Assembly (NCBI RefSeq): GCF_009914755.1
Contig: NC_060935.1
Source of the DNA: the human T2T-CHM13v2.0 reference genome, Homo sapiens
DNA: 64,000 nucleotides
Direction: 5' to 3' (one strand)
A program made the position numbers and the translations under genes. The notes below the pieces were generated by a model, which worked only from the letters and a program-made list of their open reading frames with translations, had not been told where the DNA came from and did not search any database. How positions within the stretch are numbered: position 1 is the first letter of the stretch; the number at the start of each line of letters is the position of its first letter. Below are positions 52,480 to 64,000 of this stretch, piece by piece.

Positions 52480-54200
52480 GTCCCGATGGAAAAAAATTTA
52501 AGTGACGTGTCCTAAATTAGAGTCTTGAGAGAGGCTTCCCCACCCAACCTCCACAGGAACGAAATGATTTTCTACATTCTTTCAAGGCAACCAAAACAAG
52601 TAGGGCTATAGTTATAGTTTACCTTTTTCGTTTTCTGCCCGGTGCTGCTATAGTCGCAACAGGGTTAAGAAGCAAATGTCTCTTACCGACAAGCACTAAG
52701 GGGCCCTGCGAAGGAGAAGCCTCTTGGGCTACCTTTAATTGGCTACAGACACATGGGGGAATACAGAAGCCAAACCCTGGAGGGATCTGGCCCGCACCGA
52801 GGCCAGAGGAGTGTGCCAGCTCCCCAGAGTTGTGCTCCGGAGTTAAATCCATAACACTCACGGCCAGGTTGTAAATTTCAGGCCATAGTTCATTAACTCC
52901 AGAAGTTCAAAACAATACCCCCTGCTCACCCAGTCAATGCAGCTGAGAGTTTTCCCGGCGTGTGATGATCCATCAACAATTGGATTCCAATATCTTTTGC
53001 TTCGTTAATAGAGTCACACAAGCCCCTCCTATAGCGCTGGGTAAGATTTCTGCCTACACGTCTGCTTGGCGGAGCTGCATTATACTGGGCTGCATTTTGA
53101 ACCCCAAACTACAGGCAGACCCCAGGTGCACCTGTTTCTGACCTCTCCCAGCCCAACGTCTCCAGCTTGACCAAAGTTAGCATCAAAATGCCTTCCACGT
53201 GCTTGTTTAACTTTAATGAGATGGCTCCACTGCCGATGGAAGGCAGTGCCTATCTTAGAAAACCTTATGCAGCTTTGAGAATCCATATTTTCTCTTAAAA
53301 TTCATACCTGTAGCTTAGCTCACTTTCAACTCAACTGTTTTCTACAGTCTAAGACGCAAGTCTCTCGCGACTTACTGGGCCCCTCAGAAGTCTCCTCCCC
53401 TCCACATGTGGACCAAGCATCTGTCATCCCCCATAAAAGGGCTGGGACAAATTAGCCCTATGCCAAAGGGTGGTCACAGGAGCTACAGCCAAGAAGCAGC
53501 CCTGGACTTAGAGTTGTTAGGTTAGGCTGCTCCTGAGTAGCCCAAAGCATGATGAGCCAGAGGTATGGGCATAATCCACCTTCCGGAAACGGTGGTGACT
53601 GCCAGAACAAAAAAACCCAAAATCTAGCACTAAGTCCAAGGACAAGGTTGGAGCTGGAAAGAAGGCAAAACCAAAGTCAGGAGCCAGACTGTCCAAGGCA
53701 GTGAAGATCAAGGTCAGCAGCGAAGGCAGTGGACTCTAGGATATTTGCTATAAACATTGCTAGAGGCACAGGTCAGTCCAGCTATGGGCACGGGGTGGAG
53801 GCAGGCAGAATCAGGAGGCTGCCGCCTTCCCTCACTCAAAACTTCCTTCTTCACCAGCTGAACGCAGTTGAAACAATAAAGGTCCGCAATACAAACAGGA
53901 GGGCACCACCGCCACAGTTTTCAAAAGCTTTGTGAAATTCAAATGAGGCTTTTTTTCCTTAGCAACCCTCCCCACTGGGAATTCTTTTCTTGTTTTTCTT
54001 GCAGCTCCCAAAGTCTCTTGCTTTCTAAGCCACTGAAACAACGTATATCGTGGACTCCATAAACCTCCATTGCCTATAAGCAGTAGTAACATTGTCTGCC
54101 TCCTGTTAATAAATTGTTCCTCTCTTTGCACAGCAGAGAAAAGATGAAGACAAAATTGGGGGGAATTATTTCCCAAGTATTGTTTTTCTAACAATAGCAA
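52480..54200. promoter_or_regulatory. Candidate enhancer / conserved non-coding region
   Basis: Repeat-poor and CpG-retaining (about 24 CpG in 52480-53370), with homeodomain-, SOX- and FOX-like motifs. Confidence 0.45.
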
Positions 54201-55189
54201 TCCCTGCTCCTGAGTACTCTATTTTGCTTAATATGTTCTTTCTGCAAAGTGGTAAAATGTGGCAGTGTAATAACCCAAAACGCAGCGTGAAGAGCCTGAT
54301 TCCCCAAAGTGTCCACTGAGAAAACACACAAGTGTTTCCATCAAGAAGGAATTGTGTGTATTGAGAGAAGGTAAGTGCACAAAATAAGGGTCTACATTAA
54401 AGTGGGGTCCAGGCATCAAGGATTAAATGTTTGGATTCTTTGCTTCACAATAGAAGCATTTGCAGGAAGAATGGGTCTCCATTTCTTTCCTTAATGGGGG
54501 TATCACACACACTTGGCGAGTGCATGTCTTCTTCAGGATAAAAGAAAAATTGGCTGGTTTAAACATAAAAAAGCACCTGGCCAACAAAAACAGCAATAAT
54601 GCTGAGCAAAATTAGAATAGATTTCAAAGAGAGTGGGCCTTGGAGTGAGGTATTAGGGAGAACTTTCAGACATCATATGTATGAACTTCTGAAACGCATG
54701 GCTAATGGGTATTTTGGAGATGGACTTAGAAAAGTGAGCTTTCCAAGGTAGCTCAAATATCTGCTTGCATCAGACTGGAAGAATGCACTAAATCTTCAAT
54801 CTATGTATGCTGAAAAGTACTTTCTTCTCTCAACTCCTTGTTGTTCCTCATTTTCTAGTTCCTGCTTCTCCTACACATACCTTTGTACCACATCATGTCC
54901 TGGCATCACTTTAGCTGGGTGAGGGAAATGCTGGTACAGGTGGGATTCAGAGAGGTGCAGCTGCACACTAAAGAGGTCAGAGGATGATCTGCCAGGGGAT
55001 AAGGGCAGAAAACCAGTCTGAAGAGGCAGAAATCAAAAGCAGAAAGACAGAAGTACGCTCACATTGTAAGTGGTGAAGGCTGCAGGTTTGAGGCAGACAC
55101 GGAATGGAATGCAAAGGTTCAGATTGGGTCAGGATGTCAGGGCTCAGAAAGAACCTCTATGCCAGGCAGGGCTGCAACATATGGTCATG

Positions 55190-56018
<829 letters not shown>

Positions 56019-56699
56019 AATGGGTAACCAGTAAAGAAGAGTGAAGGGGTTAAAATCCAGCCTGCATTGTGCTGTACCACCTGACCTAGAGCTGCATCCC
56101 ACTGAGTAAAGGATTCTATTCTCTAATTCCTACAAAGGCACCATGTGGGCTAGTGTAAACCCCTTTACAATCAGAGCTATCCATTCCCCTCATCTCTCTG
56201 TCTCTTATCCATTTAGGAAGTCTAAATGTCTCTTCCTAGTTTACCTTGGCCTGCTTAATTGGCCTGAAATTCATACTGCACCTTCCCAGCCCCATGTTTG
56301 TTAATACTCTAGATTATTTTATAGCCTCCTCCTTTGAAAGCTCTTTCTGTGTCAATCTCCAGCCCTGGCCAGCCCTACCCTTCACTTTCTATTCCTGTTT
56401 CTATGTTCAAAACCAGTGGCACAGTCAGATAAAGCATCATTTGAATGAGTCCCCACTCAATCACACTCCCCAAGCTCACTAGGGCCATCACAGGGCTCAG
56501 CAAACTTTGCACCTATCCTGGGTTGATTCCCTGCTGCATTGCTCAGGTCCCTTCACCAGTAGGCATGGACCAACCACCTTCTATGGGCAAAACAGGGTGC
56601 AGATGCCAGGCAGGTGAAATGCCTTCAAAGCTCCTCTTACCACCTGGGAAGAGAGGTAAGACAACTATGTGGAATACTGACCAGAAAGTGGTTAGTATC

Positions 56700-57257
56700 T
56701 ATAGCAGTCAAGGTTCTCCAGAGAAACAGAACCAATAGGATGGATGGAGGGATAGATAAATGGATGGATGGATGGATGGATGGATGGATGGATGGATGGA
56801 TTTAAGGGGAAATTTCTTATAGGAATTGGCTCACATAATTATGGAAGCCAAAGAGTCCTGCGATCTGCTGTCTGCAAGGCGGAGAACCAGGGAAAGCTGG
56901 TGGTGAAATTCAGTTTGAATCTGAAGGCCCGAGAACCAGGGCAGGCCACTGGTGTAAGTCCTGGAGTCCAAAGGCCTGAGAACCAGAGGTTCCAATGACT
57001 GAGGGCAGGAGAAGATGAGTGTTCCAGGTAAAGAAGAGAGTGTGAATTCGCCATTCCCCTGCCTTTGTGTTCCATTTGGGCCCTCAGTACATCAGATGGT
57101 GCCCACCCACACTGGGGAGGGTGACCTTTATTCATCCTACCAATTTAAATGTGAATCTCTTCCGAAGACACCCTCACAGACACACCCGAAAATCATCCTT
57201 TACCCGCTGCCTGGTCATGCCTTCACCCAGTCAAGTTGACATGAAATTAACCGTCAG
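56700..57257 (-). mobile_element. MLT2B-type ERVL LTR containing (GGAT)n
   Basis: 'ggttctccagagaaacagaaccaatagga...cagtcaagttgacatgaaattaacc'. Confidence 0.88.
56738..56801. repeat. (GGAT)n tetranucleotide repeat
   Basis: Direct reading. Confidence 0.95.
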
Positions 57258-59173
57258 TGTGTCATCACTGAGCTACAGATAAAGTGCTGTCAGTGTTCAG
57301 GGGAGAAGTTTACTTTTAGCTGAGGGTCTCAGGGGAGGTTTCAAGGAAGAGGTGACTTTGAACTCACTCTTGGTGCAAGGAAAGAGAGAGTGGGGAGGGA
57401 GAAGTTCTTTGGGCAGAAGAAGCAGCAGGAGAAAGGGCAGGGAAGCCTTCCTGAAAGTTATGAAATCACCTTACAACCACGGGAGCTATTTGGCATGGGT
57501 CCACATGCGATGTTGGCACGTGGGGATGGGGAATCTCCTTCCAAAAACCTAATTTGTCAACACCCTGGGCCCAAAGGAGAAAAACAAAAGCCAGAGAAGC
57601 CAGAGTCTCTTGCAGCCGAGTGGCTGCTGCGACTCAGGCGCGGCCTGTGTAAATAGCGCCGGATGGGATTGCAGCTAATAGGGTTATTAATACCTGTCAC
57701 ATCCCAGGATGGCAGAATAATGTGGAGGTTTTCTACTATAGATTAAAACCAACCAACAGGGAATTTTCTGAGTCTAGCAGTCACAGCTTTCTCTTCAGAC
57801 AACTTTTCCTCCAGCCAAGCAGACAGGGGTAAGTAATTGTCCCAGGGAAAGGTTTGTCACCATGGTAAATGCAAAAGCAGGAACAAACCTGCCTCACTTA
57901 GCCTCAGGCAAGAACATGGGTATTTGAAATTAACATATAATCCCCAAACCTCCCTTCCGCCTGCAGCTTTGACCTCTTTTCCTGGCCCAGTCAGTCACCC
58001 CAAAGAAAAGCCACCTTTATTTGGGCTTTGTGCCTCCCGCTCATAGGTGGGAGGAAGAAGAAAGCAGAAAGCTGAAGAGATGTGAAGAGAGAAGGGGGTG
58101 AGAGGGAGGGGTCTGGATGTTCTGCAGGTTGCTGGGCTCTGGGGCTGGAGCTCAGGCAGGGCAGCTCTGGAACAGAAACATACAACCCAAGCTGATGACG
58201 TTCTGTCCTTTCTGGGCCCCCAGCCAGTGGCTGGAGTGTGGGCCAACCTCTTCCCTTTCACAGAGATGAGTCAGGAACCCCTGAAGAAAGCAACAGGTCA
58301 AGGGGGTGAAGCCCTGCTGGAGAGGAGGCTCCTTCTCATGTGAGACACATCATCCCCACCTCACCTAGAAGAACGTCCATGGGAAAACACACAAGGTGAA
58401 AGCTCAAGCTCCCCTTCATTTTTGTGCTGTTAACCAAAAGGGTCAAAAAGTATCTCAGAAGGGACTGCACATAGCTTTATGCTGCTTCCCCCTCCAGCCC
58501 TATTCCACCTCTCTTTCCCAAAGGAAAGTTCTGGTCATTGGTGGAAGTTATAAGTGCCTGCATGGGGCTTTAGCCAATGCCAAGGGACACACACACCTCT
58601 TCAAAGCTCTCTGCTATGTATTTATTCTGCCAGGATTGAGCGGTCAAGGGCCCCAGGTGAGCCCTGGCATCAATCACAGACACCAAATACGGCAAGAGAA
58701 ATAGAGAATGAAATGTGGAGCTCACACTGCCCTCTTTGAATGGGACTCTGCACAACAGTTGCTCTGGCCCCAGCCCACTGGAGGAATCAGGTTTGCTGAA
58801 CAAGACCTGGCCCTATGATACCCTGATGTCTGTTTCCTTTGGAAATGGATGCTTGGTTCCACCTTTTTTGGAGGGTGCCCTTCTTTCCTGTTTGCATGTG
58901 CAACTACTCCTGGGAATCAAATCTTCACCCTCCTAGATCTCTACTGTTATAGACTGAATTGTGTTTCTCCAAAATTCAAGTGTTGAAGCCTTGACTATCA
59001 ATGTGAATGTACTTGGAGATAGGACCATTAAGTGGGTAAGTAAGGTTAAATGAAGTCATAAGGGTAGATCTTTAATCCAACAGAACTGGTATCCTTATAA
59101 CAAGAAGAGATACCAGGGATGTGTGCTTGCATGAACAGAGGAAAGGCCATGAGATGACACAATGAGAAAGTGG

Positions 59174-61878
<2,705 letters not shown>

Positions 61879-62164
61879 GCAACCATCTGTAAGCCAACAA
61901 GAGAGGCCCCACCAGAAACCAACCTTGCCAGCACCTTGATCTTGGACTTCCAGCTTCCAGATTATGAGAAAATTAATTTCTGTTGTTTAAGCCACCCAGT
62001 CTGTAGTATTCTATTATGATAGCCAGAACAGATTAATACACCTGTCTTACTCTTTTTGTCCCTGTGTACCCTGGTGTCTTAGAGGAGAGGAGGATGAGTC
62101 ATTCTGACTCTGGTGACCACCACAAATTAGTGTGGAAGGCAGAAATCCTGCCCATTGGTTTGCA

Positions 62165-62330
62165 GGGCAGTGTTGCCTGGTGGTTAAGACATGAGCTGGG
62201 CTCGTGGGAAGATTGATTTTCCTCTCCATGCCCAAGGATCCTTCTCTGTCAAATGGGAAGATAATTGTGCCATTGCTGTGGGACTGTAGTAAAGATAAGA
62301 TTAAATAACAACACAGAGTCAACACTCAAA
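62165..62330 (+). mobile_element. Degenerate MIR
   Basis: 'gtggttaagacatgagct...ctgtcaaatgggaagataat'. Confidence 0.5.
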
Positions 62331-64000
62331 ACAATGATATCCATCATGATTATTATTACTTTACTGGCCCTACCATGGATGCACAGTATGACCTTGAGCC
62401 TGGTCTCTCCATGTGTAAATAATGAAGATAGACACTTCCCATCTTCCCAGCATAGTAAGAGTTTGAAAAGAAGCAAAGATAAGAAAGAGACAAGGAAGAA
62501 CAATGCCTCGGACACCCAGGTTTGCTTCTATTATTACTATGATTACCATGATCATTGTTTGGCTCTTGTACTACTTCTATAGCTGAGTCCCACCCTGAGA
62601 GTCCACCCTGTACTCTGGCCCTTGATCCTGCAGAAAGCTCTCAGGTATAATCGGGGAAGGTCAGATGGTGCCTGCTGCCTGCTTCTGCAGCCCTTAGCAC
62701 TCACAAGAAACCCAGGCTTACCTGCACTGCCCAGCCTCCAGCAGTACAAACAGTAGTGGAGGGGAGGCCAAGAAAGCCAAGTGAGTTGCTCTCATACCTT
62801 CCCACCCCCTTCCCTGCCTGGCCCTGGTCCCCTAACAATGGAGAGGGAACACTTTTATCTCTCTGATAATGTGAGATATATAAGATGGGCCGGAGATGAT
62901 GGAGAGGGTACCAGGCACCCACAGAGCACAGCCACCATCCAAATGCAAGCTGCTTTGTTGGAAACTGAGTGATAAGTCTACCCTCTGCCTTCCCTGACCT
63001 CTCACGTAGTGTGCAAGGCCCTTCCTCAGCAGGGCTTGGGGAGAAGACAGTGGCCAGCAGCTGGCAGCCCTGAGAACCCTCCTGGGCACTTAGCCACTTG
63101 TGGCCCAGCCCTCGTCTCCTTTCCTGAAATCCCTCTGCCCATCCTGGCAGCTGAGGCACTATGCCAGCCCCACGCCCAGCAGGACGGGGCTTCTCAGACA
63201 TTTCCAGATGATTCATCAGCTGGAGGAACAGTCCAGAAGATGAGGCCTTTTGGGGTCCCATGTGTCCCTGAACCCTCAGGATTGAGATCTGGGCTGGCTT
63301 TGTCTCCAGCAGCCACTGACTTTCTCTCCTCATTCCTCCAGAATCTCTCACACCCAGAGGAAGGAGAGCATTCTCGCATTCACTGTGGCCAGGCCTGCTC
63401 ACCATCAAAGGCCTTCGCAAATCTCTCCTCCTCTTCCCCCTCCTCTCAAAAAAAAAATGTTGAGAGGACAATAAAGTCAGCAGATGACATGGGTATTAAT
63501 CCCAGGACTCTCACACGTGGAACCATTTAAAGAGCTGGTAAAGAAGCACACACGAGAAATGTTATTTCTGAATGGGGACAAAGCACTCAATCCTGCCAGG
63601 ATGAGTAGCCCCGTCCCCCCACAGCCCCCTGCCCTCACGGCTGTTTATGGTAAAACTTCATCACAAGATGCTATTAAGCTTGGCAGTTACTGTAAATGCT
63701 ACTGTTGCTGTTGACTTCCACAGCCCCAGGACATTTTATCCAAGACTGAGTGGCTTCCACAGAGAGACCCAAACTGCCACTTGTTTCTCTTCAGAAAGTA
63801 GAAGGTGCCCTAGAGAGAGATGTGAGCCATTCTTAGGCTGGGGAATGTCGGCTCCCTCCCTCCACTTTGTGGGCTGTAAGGACAACAATGAAGTCAGTGG
63901 GGCTGGTGGGAAAGATTCCAGGGCAGAAGGAAAAGCAGTTTGGCCATTACGAGAAAAGCCAGAGAGCCTCGTCCAACCACTTCCATCTGTCTTCCCAGCC

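Noticed and set aside
52619-53711. Short ORFs in the CpG-rich region as a processed pseudogene
   Set aside because: No recognisable protein similarity, poly(A) or TSD.
62701-63471. Longest ORF (256 aa, minus strand) and the overlapping 173-aa plus-strand ORF
   Set aside because: Non-ATG starts (TTG/GTG), GC-rich context, no recognisable domain, open on both strands; most likely chance.

Overview
Primate (human-like) genomic DNA, dominated by interspersed repeats: Alu J/S/Y, several generations of L1, L2, MIR, CR1/L3, MaLR/ERV LTRs and Tigger/MER2 DNA transposons. I find no intact protein-coding gene. The ORF-track entries are Alu/L1/LTR translations or chance ORFs. The left 19 kb holds unique-sequence islands at 3.6-4.6 kb and 15.5-18.9 kb with minus-strand splice signals, several minimal (68-91 nt) introns and stop- or frameshift-interrupted frames. 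By eye and from memory, these frames resemble CCDC162P/C6orf183 (DUF4549) in collinear order, suggesting a decayed multi-exon paralog; this is unverified. About 19-44.5 kb is an almost continuous nest of L1s and LTRs, with nearly all L1s on the + strand. The right 20 kb is more GC-rich. It has repeat-poor, CpG-retaining candidate regulatory elements (52.5-54.2 kb, 57.6 kb) and a two-LTR MLT1A-type MaLR provirus nested in an MLT1B LTR. Repeat subfamily names come from recalled consensus motifs, not a RepeatMasker run, and boundaries of old elements are approximate.
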